In this document: piece after piece, positions 7,507-17,300 of the stretch | Layout: each line of letters starts with the position of its first letter | Numbering within the stretch: position 1 is the stretch's first letter | NCBI GenBank assembly: GCA_964428315.1 | Contig: CAYRXT010000001.1 | Location: forward strand, 18,944-82,943 | DNA: 64,000 bases | Direction: 5' to 3' | Origin: an uncultured Planctomycetales bacterium | Lineage (GTDB): Bacteria > Omnitrophota > Gorgyraeia > Zapsychrales > CAYRXT01 | Position numbers and translations under genes: made by a program | Notes under the pieces: generated by a model | The model's input: only the letters and a program-made list of their open reading frames with translations | What the model was told of the DNA's origin: nothing | The model's database searches: none

Positions 7507-10500
7507 ATGCTGACATCAATGAACAGGTGGATGCGGGGAACAAAGAGGAAGGGCATTTTTTCCGCGATCGGCGGTAGCCGCCGGGGCCAGGTCGCGTTAC
7601 TCCTGGTGATCCTCATCGCCGTCGGCCTGATCTTTTTCGCGGTGACCCTTAATCTGGGCAAGATCGCCCAGATCCGGGTTTACACGACCATGGCCTCAAA
7701 CACGAGCGCGGCTTTCATGGGATCCCTCATGGCCAGTTACGCCGAGAGCATGTATCAAGCGCAGCTTGGCGGCGAAGAGGAATGCGGCGATGACCTGACT
7801 GTTGACAAGTGGTCCGGGTTGGCGGTGGCTATTCTGACGATTTTTGCGGCCATTATATCGGTGCTCACCTGTCAGCCGGGACCGGTTATGGCAGTCGTTT
7901 CTATCATTGGCCTGTCGGCGGCGCTGGGTTCGGCGGCCATTCAGCTTTCTGTGATCCAGCCCGGGCTGGATCAACTGCTTAATACGATGTTCGAGTCCAT
8001 CGAATCGCCGGCCGACCAGTTTGTCGAACGGGGCATCTACACAGCGTTGAGGAACAGCGTCACGGACTCCGAGGTCGTCGATGATATCTATGACATGGAT
8101 ATGGACGGGCTTTTCGCGCCGCATGACAGAGTCAGCCGTTTCGCTTATTATTACACGGCCTTTCGCGTCCAGGATTTCACGCCTCCCACGGCCAACCCGC
8201 AGGCCGTGGCGAATTTTCTGACGGATCTCGGCGAGTTCGTCTATGAGCCGTATTATTACCTTAAAGGTCTTTCTGGTTCGAATGCCTGGCGGGTTCCCCA
8301 TCTGAATGTTCACGGAGACGACTGGGCGCTTTTCTCTCCAGTAAGATGTGAAAATGACATCGCCCACGTGTGTTGCGCTCCTCCTCCTGTCCCACCGTGT
8401 CTGGGCCTGGACTGCAGCGATCCGCAGGCGCGTGATGAACATCCGGAATGCTGTCGCGCTGCTTATAATTTTTGCCGGACGAATACCCCCCTCGATCATT
8501 CCGAATGCTCCAGGGATAACGATGATTTTGAGGATATCGGCCGGGCGTACGCGGAGTGCAACCCCTTGTGCGCCTTCTCTTGGGCGGGGTGCTCATCCCT
8601 GGGGCATTACTGCGGGACAGACTGCTATGATGGGCGTTGCCGCATCTATGACCCGTTTTTCCACAACGACGAATTAGATCCCGGGGATACCCTTTATTTT
8701 AAACCTTTTCTCGGTCGGGACGACGGAAACGCGAAATGCATAGACGATCCAGTTTCCGGCATTCCGGAAGATGACCCCATCGGCGGCGACCGTACTGTTA
8801 ATACGTCCGGCGGGCGGATGGTCACGGACGCGAAAGGTCTGTTCCGTCTTTTGTGGGTTTTCGGCAAAATGGTCGATCTGCGTGAAGTGAACGAAATTCA
8901 TGTCTCCGCGTTTGGCCGCCGGGAACTGTGCGTGTGGTGCAATACGGACTATGAGGCATGTGAAGTCCCTTCCGTCAGGAATCCGGATTTGCCGGATTGT
9001 CCTCTCAGGGCCGTCGATCTTCAAACCTGCTGTGTGCATGAGGGAAACCGCTTCGACGCCGTTCCGAATGCGACGGACCTGGTTATGGATGAAGACGCCT
9101 GTCCGCACCAGCCCGGCATACCTTATGAAGAAAATGCCCACCATGAAGTGATACAGGTCAACAGCCTTTGGAAGCCCGGCGACGACATGTATTGTTCTTT
9201 CGATGCCGTTTCGCCGTATGATGAGCTCTGTCCCTGGCTGCATTGTCTGCCCGGGTGCGACGCCTGTGATCCGGACGGCGGGCCGTGCGCGGCCGACGGG
9301 GCGTGCTATACAGAGCATACGGACAACCCTGCAGGGACTACACTTACCGACCCCTACAATTGGACCCGGGATCCTTTGGACCAGATGTCTATGGAGATCA
9401 ATGAATTTGTGGCCTGGGCGGATTCGATTCTTTCCAAGGATGTTTTGGTCCTGGGCCGGACCGTTGCTTCCTGGTTCCCGCAAGCCTTTTACTGGATTCA
9501 CCCCGAACGGGGCCGTCTGGCTCACTGGCTGGCCTATCTCAGGGGCGTCAAGGAAAAGCTCGAGGAGTGGAGGGACGGCACCTACATCGATCAGGACGGG
9601 ACCGACTGCCTCACCGTGTGTTACGAGAGCGGGGCCAATTGTTCCGATAACACGCCGCCCGAAGGGGTGACGGGAACCATGTCCGACATTGTCGCCTGCC
9701 TTGAAGAATACCGGGACACGTTTGATCCGCAGAACAACACATACGCCAAGATCGATTACCGCGTCAAGTTTCTCCGGGAATACGTAACCGACGATGACAG
9801 CGTTTTGAACAGATTGATCAATGACACGGACGGGACGCTGACGACCGCTATCAGGAAAATCGAGGATTTTCTTACGCATGCTTCCGGTGATTACGGCGGC
9901 GTTCAGCAGATGATAGAAGAATGGGAACGGTTTATGAAAGAAACAGATTACGCCTTGCCCGGACGGGCCATGTACGGCTGGAAGGATACGGAAGAAGACG
10001 GCGGGATGTGGCATATCGTGTACGCTGAAACGAAACTGCCGACGCGCTGTGACTGCCGCTGCGGGAGGCAGGGCCATAACTTGGGCGGATATAACGATGA
10101 TTGTCCAGAATCGGATTTCCCCTATGTGCACCACTATAAGCGTTACGGGGGCTCGAAACGTTATTATTCGCTGGTGGACAGTCTGGACCGGCACGTTGCG
10201 TGCGATGAAGACTCTGTGGGCGATAGGGAATACGATGATGACACGCATTGTTTTCGGGGAGGGACGGTCAAGTCACGCGTTATCCGCTATGACCAGGACC
10301 ACGACTTTGTCGAATTTGCCAATAGATTTCGCATCTGGCGTTTCGTGTACAGCCGTCCGGGCACAACGCCTATCAGCCCGGAAAGGCTTGATTCGGTCTG
10401 CGCCCCCCAGAGCAGCGCTGTTTCCAGACCCGGAGAGGAGGCTTTTCTTTTGAATCGGAGAGGGGATAATCCTCGGTGCTGGGATCTTGCCTCACAGCTA

Positions 10501-10629
10501 TTACGTCGGGGTGTTAAAGATGAGACGTGCGTTGAGTACTTCTTCCGGGATGTCGGCCATTTGGTTGATCTTGCGGAGAGGCGCAGGGGTATTTATACCG
10601 CGTTTACGCCCTGTGAAGGAGAGTGGTAA
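7507..10629 (+). CDS. TadG-like pilus-associated protein; 1040 aa, extremely Cys-rich (~46 Cys); putative pilus tip/adhesin
   Basis: N-terminal 'RRGQVALLLVILIAVGLIFFAVTL' is a pseudopilin-like hydrophobic segment. Many CxxC, CC and CxC clusters. Coding is tightly packed with the flanking genes. Confidence 0.55.
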   Translation: MLTSMNRWMRGTKRKGIFSAIGGSRRGQVALLLVILIAVGLIFFAVTLNLGKIAQIRVYTTMASNTSAAFMGSLMASYAESMYQAQLGGEEECGDDLTVDKWSGLAVAILTIFAAIISVLTCQPGPVMAVVSIIGLSAALGSAAIQLSVIQPGLDQLLNTMFESIESPADQFVERGIYTALRNSVTDSEVVDDIYDMDMDGLFAPHDRVSRFAYYYTAFRVQDFTPPTANPQAVANFLTDLGEFVYEPYYYLKGLSGSNAWRVPHLNVHGDDWALFSPVRCENDIAHVCCAPPPVPPCLGLDCSDPQARDEHPECCRAAYNFCRTNTPLDHSECSRDNDDFEDIGRAYAECNPLCAFSWAGCSSLGHYCGTDCYDGRCRIYDPFFHNDELDPGDTLYFKPFLGRDDGNAKCIDDPVSGIPEDDPIGGDRTVNTSGGRMVTDAKGLFRLLWVFGKMVDLREVNEIHVSAFGRRELCVWCNTDYEACEVPSVRNPDLPDCPLRAVDLQTCCVHEGNRFDAVPNATDLVMDEDACPHQPGIPYEENAHHEVIQVNSLWKPGDDMYCSFDAVSPYDELCPWLHCLPGCDACDPDGGPCAADGACYTEHTDNPAGTTLTDPYNWTRDPLDQMSMEINEFVAWADSILSKDVLVLGRTVASWFPQAFYWIHPERGRLAHWLAYLRGVKEKLEEWRDGTYIDQDGTDCLTVCYESGANCSDNTPPEGVTGTMSDIVACLEEYRDTFDPQNNTYAKIDYRVKFLREYVTDDDSVLNRLINDTDGTLTTAIRKIEDFLTHASGDYGGVQQMIEEWERFMKETDYALPGRAMYGWKDTEEDGGMWHIVYAETKLPTRCDCRCGRQGHNLGGYNDDCPESDFPYVHHYKRYGGSKRYYSLVDSLDRHVACDEDSVGDREYDDDTHCFRGGTVKSRVIRYDQDHDFVEFANRFRIWRFVYSRPGTTPISPERLDSVCAPQSSAVSRPGEEAFLLNRRGDNPRCWDLASQLLRRGVKDETCVEYFFRDVGHLVDLAERRRGIYTAFTPCEGEW

Positions 10630-10898
10630 TTATGGCCGCTTTTTGCAAAACAAGATACGGTTCGGCCATGAGCGAATATGCGGTGTTAATCGCAGTTATC
10701 CTTGCCGCCTTTATCCTGATGGCTCCTTATTTGTTGCGGGGTATTGCGGGGTATTGGAAGGAGGCCGGTGACAGTTTCGGCTATGGCCGGATTTATGATC
10801 CCGAAAGAACAGTAGAATGCGCCTATTCGCCTATTGCAGGGGCGTGGTACAGGGTCGACTTGTACGAGGAGTGCGCAAACAATCTGGATCCGTTCTGA
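10623..10898 (+). CDS. flp: Flp-family prepilin paralog (track start GTG 10623; alternative ATG at 10632)
   Basis: MAAFCKTRYG|SAMS|EYAVLIAVILAAFILMA. Overlaps the stop of the upstream gene. Confidence 0.7.
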   Translation: MVIMAAFCKTRYGSAMSEYAVLIAVILAAFILMAPYLLRGIAGYWKEAGDSFGYGRIYDPERTVECAYSPIAGAWYRVDLYEECANNLDPF

Positions 10899-11068
10899 AC
10901 GACTCTGCGTTGTATAGATCCCAGGTGTGTTCCGGTGGCAAAGGACGGCCGGTGCGGTTCAGCCCTGCCTCCCCGGTGATGTCCGGTAAGCGCAAGATTT
11001 TTGTTTGGCCTGCGTTGTTTTTGACAAGCGGACAGGAGTGAAGAAGAATATCAAGGGAGAAAATAGCC

Positions 11069-11929
11069 ATGTGGGTCGTTATAATGGCCTTGACATTCGG
11101 ATCGGTGAGCGCCTTATGCCACTACCTGCTTCTGCCTTCGGTGGTGGAGAAGGCCCGACAGGTCAACCGTAAACGGACGAACGAGCTCTCGGACCGCCTG
11201 GACCGCATGTTTATGCGCGAGCAGACCAGCAAGGTCCTTTTTATGTACACTTTCGGCCCCTTTGTCCTGGCCTTTTTGCTCTTTATGCTGTGTCCGCCCG
11301 AGTTCAAGGCCGCCGGTGTGGTCCTGGGTTTTATGGCTGGCCTGGTCATCCCGATGATCGCGGTAAGATCCATGGAGCAGAGGCGGAGGGACAAGTTCGA
11401 CAGCCAGATGGTCGACACGCTGATGATCATGTCCAGCGCCCTCAAAGGGGGGTTGAGCCTCGTCCAGGCCATGGAAGTTGTGGTAGAGGAAATGTCGGAG
11501 CCGACCAATCAGGAGTTCGGGATCCTTCTTGGGGAAAACAAGATGGGAATCCCCCTGGATGAGGCCTTTGCCCACCTCTACAGCCGCATGCCTTCGGTTT
11601 CCCTACAGCAGGTGATCACGACGATTTTGCTGGCACGGGAGACAGGAGGCAACCTCCCGGTTATTTTTAACCGTATCGTGAACACGATCAGGGAGAACAG
11701 GAAGCTGCGTGAAAATCTTAACAATTTGACGCTTCAGGGCCGGATCCAGGGCGGGGTCATGTCGATCCTGCCGATTGTCTTTGCCTCCATCGTACTTTCC
11801 AGTAATCCCAATTATTTCGACAGCATGTTTAACACGGAAATCGGCCGGACTTTGCTGGGGGCGTGCGTCGCCATGGAGCTTATAGGCGCATTTTTAATTT
11901 GGAAGATTAGCAATTTCAAAGACTTCTGA
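11069..11929 (+). CDS. tadB: Tad pilus platform protein TadB-like (T2SS F-domain)
   Basis: 286 aa with N-terminal TM helices and T2SSF-type core 'SSALKGGLSLVQAMEVVVEEMSEPTNQEFGILLGENKMGIPLDEAFAHLYSRMP...LLARETGGNL'. Confidence 0.85.
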   Translation: MWVVIMALTFGSVSALCHYLLLPSVVEKARQVNRKRTNELSDRLDRMFMREQTSKVLFMYTFGPFVLAFLLFMLCPPEFKAAGVVLGFMAGLVIPMIAVRSMEQRRRDKFDSQMVDTLMIMSSALKGGLSLVQAMEVVVEEMSEPTNQEFGILLGENKMGIPLDEAFAHLYSRMPSVSLQQVITTILLARETGGNLPVIFNRIVNTIRENRKLRENLNNLTLQGRIQGGVMSILPIVFASIVLSSNPNYFDSMFNTEIGRTLLGACVAMELIGAFLIWKISNFKDF

Positions 11930-11951
11930 TAAAACCCCTTCCACCTACGAG

Positions 11952-12887
11952 GTGGAACCGGTCGGTTTGGGGAGGATACGGTTCATGCTCGGTTTTTCAT
12001 TTCTCCTGGCTTTTATTTCGGCTTTTTTCGTGATTTACGGCCTCTTCGGGACCCACACAGAGGAGAGGCCGCATCTTAGCCGCTTTGAAGAGCCCCAGCA
12101 GAGGAGAGCGCCCAGGAAGAGGCACAGGACGATTGTCGGAAAAATGCTGTCCCGCCTGGCCCTTTTTAACAGGCCCCTGTGTCATAATGTTGTTGGCCGT
12201 CGTCTCGCCAGGGACCTGGGGGCGGCCCAGCTGGACATAACCCCGGAAGAATTTATGCTCTTGAAGCAGGTCCTGATCGTCTTTTTGTTCATGGCCTTTT
12301 TCCCCCGGGCGACGCAGGAGACCCTTGTCTTCTTCATCCTTGTCATTATCGGGGGAGGCTATTACATCCCCGAATTCTGGCTGAAGACGAAGGTCAGGAA
12401 GGTGAAAAACGCCATTATCAAACAGCTCCCCGACACCGTAGACCTCCTGAGCCTTTGCGTCAACGCCGGTCTGGACTTCATGCTGGCCCTCAAGTGGGTT
12501 ATCGACAAATCCCCGCCGTCCATCCTGCTCAACGAACTGAGTCTGATCCTTCAGGAGATCAACGTGGGCAAACCCCGTCGGGAGGCCTTGCGGGATATGG
12601 CCAAAAAGTACGAACTGCCCGACCTGTCGACCTTTTCCCGGACGCTCATCCAGGCCGACCGCATGGGGACCTCCATAGGCGACGCCCTGAACATCCTTTC
12701 GGAGGATATGCGTATGGTCCGCTACCGCCGCGGGGAGAAGATCGCCCTGAAGGCGCCCCTGAAGCTCCTTGCCCCCCTTCTCCTTTTTATCTTCCCTGTT
12801 GTGGCCATCCTGGTCGGCGCGCCGATCATCCTGGATTTCATGTCGCGCAGCACAATGGAATCCATGAGCATCCTGACAGGGGGATGA
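11952..12887 (+). CDS. tadC: Tad pilus platform protein TadC-like (T2SS F-domain)
   Basis: 311 aa; 'LCVNAGLDFMLALKWVIDKSP...ILQEINVGKPRREALRDMAKKYELPDLSTFSRTLIQADRMGTSIGDALNILSEDMR'. Confidence 0.85.
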   Translation: MEPVGLGRIRFMLGFSFLLAFISAFFVIYGLFGTHTEERPHLSRFEEPQQRRAPRKRHRTIVGKMLSRLALFNRPLCHNVVGRRLARDLGAAQLDITPEEFMLLKQVLIVFLFMAFFPRATQETLVFFILVIIGGGYYIPEFWLKTKVRKVKNAIIKQLPDTVDLLSLCVNAGLDFMLALKWVIDKSPPSILLNELSLILQEINVGKPRREALRDMAKKYELPDLSTFSRTLIQADRMGTSIGDALNILSEDMRMVRYRRGEKIALKAPLKLLAPLLLFIFPVVAILVGAPIILDFMSRSTMESMSILTGG

Positions 12888-13086
12888 GGTTAGGGCTAAG
12901 AGATAAGAACTGATGTAAAAACAGCGTATTATCCGGCAGGTCTTTTATTCTCCGCGTCCCCTGTCCTTCGCTTTACGCCCTGCGCTCTATGCTCAACGCC
13001 CAATGCCCCCTATTTTCAATACCCAACGCAAGGCCCCATGCTCTCAGCTTAACCCTTCGCACCCTTTCGCCGGCATCTGCCCTTAT

Positions 13087-13120
13087 AGATTGGACATTTA
13101 TGTCCAATCTGATTGGACAT
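13087..13120. promoter_or_regulatory. perfect palindrome AGATTGGACAT-tt-ATGTCCAATCT plus an adjacent third GATTGGACAT copy; candidate operator site
   Basis: Read directly from the sequence. The same (A/T)TGTCCA(A/T)T motif is paired at 101-130 and 2041-2073. Confidence 0.4.
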
Positions 13121-13667
13121 AAATAGCCCCCCTCCCGTAGTCCGTTCTTCTATTTACACCTTATAGGATTATGTTTTTCTTCTAATGATGCCGGTATTTT
13201 CACCCGTGAAACAGTCTTTGTGCCGGGTGTCCCGGCCTCTGCCCGATTGCCTTAAGACCTCCTTAAGTCCCCCAGCGAACACATGAGCCAGTTTGCGGAT
13301 AAACCCGCAATAAACCGCGTCAGCAAAAAAAATCCTTCCAGAATGGAAAAGCGCGCATTTATAATGAGAGTTTTTTGACAAGAGTGTATAAAAATTTCAT
13401 CAGACATAAAATGACCGGAAAATTAAACAGTTGCGAAAAATCAACAGCTCGTACTAATGAAAATAAGAATTTCTCGACGATAAACAAGTTAAAAAAGTTG
13501 ATAATAAGTCGTGGAACCTGTTTGATAAGTTGCACATAAAAAGCGTCCCTGTGAAAGGTCTTGTTAAAAATCGGCATAGGTATGACTTAATAATTTTTAA
13601 ATTAGAAATAAAATTGTTTCACCAACGTAACTAATTGGTAAATATGATGTTAAAAAAATCCGGCCGC

Positions 13668-13696
13668 TTGCAGAAGCATGATTAATATGGTATAGT
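13668..13696 (+). promoter_or_regulatory. candidate sigma70 promoter TTGCAG-N17-TATAGT
   Basis: -35 at 13668-13673, -10 at 13691-13696, in an AT-rich spacer. Confidence 0.35.
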
Positions 13697-13702
13697 TATA
13701 AC

Positions 13703-13886
13703 GCAAGAACGGAGTCAAAGCATAGGCCGGCAACGGCTTATGGTAGCCCTGAACCCGGAGTGCTAAAGGGAAAGCCACGGAAATGATCACTTTTTTGCAG
13801 ACAAAAAAAGATTTTGTCTTCGCATTATATTTTAATAAGAATATAATGGGCTGCCATACAGGAATGACTGGCAGCCCTTTTTGTTT
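13703..13886 (+). ncRNA. candidate ~180-nt small RNA or terminated leader between the Tad locus and the giant gene
   Basis: Bounded by the promoter above and an intrinsic terminator. No ORF of 60 aa or more lies within it. I cannot assign a family by eye. Confidence 0.3.
13848..13886 (+). terminator. rho-independent terminator
   Basis: GGGCTGCCA (13848-13856), 12-nt loop, TGGCAGCCC (13869-13877), then TTTTTGTTT. Confidence 0.6.
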
Positions 13887-14347
13887 GCCGCCCGTCGGGA
13901 ACCTAGGACTGACGGCGGCAATAGATCATTCCCGGCACAATCATTAAAGAAGGCATCGGCCGGGACAAGTCCCGAGCGCAAGCGAGGGCGCAAAAAAAGC
14001 CACGGAGAAAGCATTGGTAATTTTTTCTACAAACAGCGCGCGCTGTTTTCAACCGCTTCATCTTTTGGACCCGGATAACAACTTCTGTTGTTGTCGGGCT
14101 CTCCGAACGCCATATGATCTTCCCCGCGGCTGGACGCAGATCCTGGTTCCGTTGTTTGAATTATTAAGAGGATGGACCGCGGTATGGCTGCCCGCCATTT
14201 TCACCGATCCGTACAGGCCGGCTCCGGTTCTTGCGAAAACCCATGCCGTCAGGCCGAACCGCGTGTTTTTCCCTCAGGGATCAGAAAAGAACAATCTCAA
14301 TGTCCAGACTGGATATTTATGGGCATTGAGACAGCAAAGGGAAATGG

Positions 14348-17300
14348 ATGAACGTTAAAGAAGACATATTCGGGCCCAGGCCCGAGCCCCCCGAGGAAGG
14401 GCAAAAGCCGTTCAAAAGCCGGTTCAAGGGCTGGATAAGGACGGTGGCCTTGGTCCTGGTGCTTGTCTTTGTCCCGGACCAGATCAGCTGGGCTCTGAAC
14501 TATAACCCGGCGGTCCTCTGGAAGGACCGGGCGGCCCATTATGTCAGTCCGGACGCCACCCGGGATGAAAAGATCTCGGCCGAGATCGCGGCCAGCGTGG
14601 AAAACCTCCTGCGCCAGGTCGCCTATAAAGAAGAGCCGCGGATCAGCCTGACCCTGACCGATTTGTCCATCACCGACCCTGAGCTGGCCAAGCGAGACCT
14701 CCACATCCAGTCCAAAGAGTTCTTCACCAACGCCCGGGTGCGCAGGTTCTATTCCTGGATACGGGCGAAAACAACCTATCCGCTCAACTGCGCCGTCTAC
14801 GCCCTGCGCGACCTTCTGACGCGGCACGATATCGAAGCGCCCCTCATGGACCTTTCCGTGGTCACCCTGATGGTCGACATCATGAACAACGTCATCCACC
14901 CCAACGACACCCGGCTGAAGACCTCGCTGTTCGCCCTCGCCAAGGTGGCCGAGGCCTACGGCCTGCGCTTCAGGCCCGCGCGCCTGCGGCCGGTCGAGAT
15001 CATCCATCTCGAAACGCCCTTCATCGCGAGCCTGGAAGACGAGCATTTCGTCATGGTCACGGCCTTTGACGAGGACAACGTCTTCTACACGGACATCGGC
15101 CGGGCCATGATGCTCAGCAAGGATGAATTTTCCGGAAAGCTCACCGGCTATGTCCTCGCCGATGAAGGTAAAATTAAGGAGAAGAAGATCGTCTCCGACG
15201 CCATGTCAGCCTTTGTCTGGGGTTCCAAGTGGCACAGCAACGTCGACCAGCTTCCCGGCATGACGAACACTCAATTCGCGATTACCGCTCTGGTCAAGAT
15301 TCTTAGCGCCCTTGCTGCCGGAGGCGCCCTAGGCGAGACCGCGGGCAAGCTCGCGGGCAGTGCGGAGTGGTTCGTCTTCAGCGAGGGCATTTCGGCTTTG
15401 GCGAATGGCATTACTACGGCCAAGATCCTCAGCGGGGAATGGAACGCGGAGGACGCCCGCGCCTTCGCTTCGGTGCTCGGCACGGCGTTGGTCGTGGGCC
15501 GCCTGGCCGCCGGTTCGTACCACGATTCCGTCATCAAGGACGGGTTCCAGTGGAAGACCTTTTTGGGCAACTTCGCCAAGGGAGGCGTCATGGGTCTCGG
15601 CAAGGGCGAACTGACCAAATGGATTACCGGCTTCTTGGAACGGCATATCAAGACCAAGGATCCGATCCTCAGAGAAGCTATAATAAGCACCGTCTCCTCC
15701 ATCGCTGCGTCTTTTGCCATGGCCGGCATGATCAAGGCGGCGGGCCTGAGCAAACAGTTTGGATTTGTACACCAGGAAGGAGAAAATACGACCGAAGGCG
15801 CCGGCAAGAGCCTGGTCAAGGTCGAGGCCATGGGCCTGGGCGAGATCCTGGAAACCGTCCTTATCAACGACGCCCTTCCCCTCCTGCTCACCGAGGCCGT
15901 GGGCACGGCCTTCCGTCTGGCGCATCGCGCCCAGGGCGGGGACCCCTTCAGCCGCGCCTCGCGCTCCATGGGCGCGCTGGGACGCTCGCTGGCCGCGGCG
16001 GCCTATAACGCCTACCTCCGTCCGGCCAACAAGATCGTGTCCAAGGACGGACAGGAAAAGGGGTCGATCAAGAGAGAAGGGGAGGATACGGTCGTGGTCA
16101 GGACCGAACGGGAACTGACCAAAGAGGAAGCGCAAAAGATTGAAAACGGCGAAGAGTTCCGCAAGACGCTTTTTGACAAAAAGGGCCGGGCCTACGCCTT
16201 CCTCGTGATCAAAGACGGCAAGGCCATGGTCAGCGAGGCGGTGTCCTGGGAAAAAGGTGAAAAAGAAGACGGCAGCACGCCCTCCGGCCTCCGTGACACG
16301 CGCTTCCTGACGGTTGAGGCGAAGCGGGATGAGGATAAAAAGAAAGAAAAGGAGCCTTACTCCAAAGGTGATGTGACCGTCGAAAAAAGGATAGACAGGG
16401 ATACCGGCGGCGTCCGGTATGTCCTAGTCAAAGATTTTACGTTCAAGGAGAACCCCGACGGTTCCCTGCCCTCCGGGTTCTGGCAGGAGTACACCCAGTT
16501 CGGCGCCTGGCTGAACGACGATTACCGCGGCGGCCTGAAAAACGTCATCGCGTCCCTCGGCACGGGGCTGACCCATTATCTCGTGTCCAAACAGCTTGAC
16601 GACATCGAGGCCAGGAACGTCGGCAAGGGCATGAACAAGGAAGAGTTCACGGCGGTCGCGTTTTTGACGACGATGTTCTCGGCCGGTTTCGCCGGGGCCC
16701 TGATCGACGAGATGGGCCTGGGGAGGGCCTCCGGCCTGCGGAAGATCGAGACCGTCAAGGTCGACGCGGACCGCGACGGGGAGGAAGAAAGCCGGCAGGT
16801 CTACGAGAAGGACGACGGAAACGGCAAAAAAGTCCGGGGCGTCCTCCTTACCACAAGGCGGGGCGTAAACGAAAAGACAGAATTTATTCCCGTCACGGAA
16901 GACGCCGAAACAGGCGAGGTCGCGCTGGCCGAATCCGGACGGGAAGAGGTTGACGACCTCAAAGACGCCGACAAGGACGGCACGCCCGACGGCTATTCCG
17001 AGGCGACGGTCCTCCTCACCGGCAGATCGGCCAGGGATTTCTTTGACAAATTTCTCCAGCTCTCCGCCCTCCAGCTGCAGGGCATGCTCCTCAACCGTTA
17101 CGTCGGCGTGGGTCTGAACCCCTTTAAAGACATGACCGCCTTCGGAAGCCCCGAGATGCGTTCCATGCAGAGCCCGTTCTTTTTCCGGTACATGAACAAC
17201 GTGACCAAGGTCCAGGAGGCCTCGGACGCGGCGGACTTCATCGTCCAGAAGGCCGGGCTGACCGACGACCTCCTCCTGCAGATGAAGGCCCGCAAGGAGC

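Noticed and set aside
5679-10248. Long minus-strand ORFs (5679-7067, 7696-8499, 8674-10248) opposite the pseudopilin genes
   Set aside because: They are antisense to + strand genes with clear Tad N-terminal motifs and tight operon packing, so I treat them as artefacts.
14014-14358. 114-aa + ORF overlapping the start of the giant gene
   Set aside because: It has no RBS or motif and a Cys/Trp-rich junk-like composition. It ends just inside the giant ORF start in another frame, so it is probably spurious.
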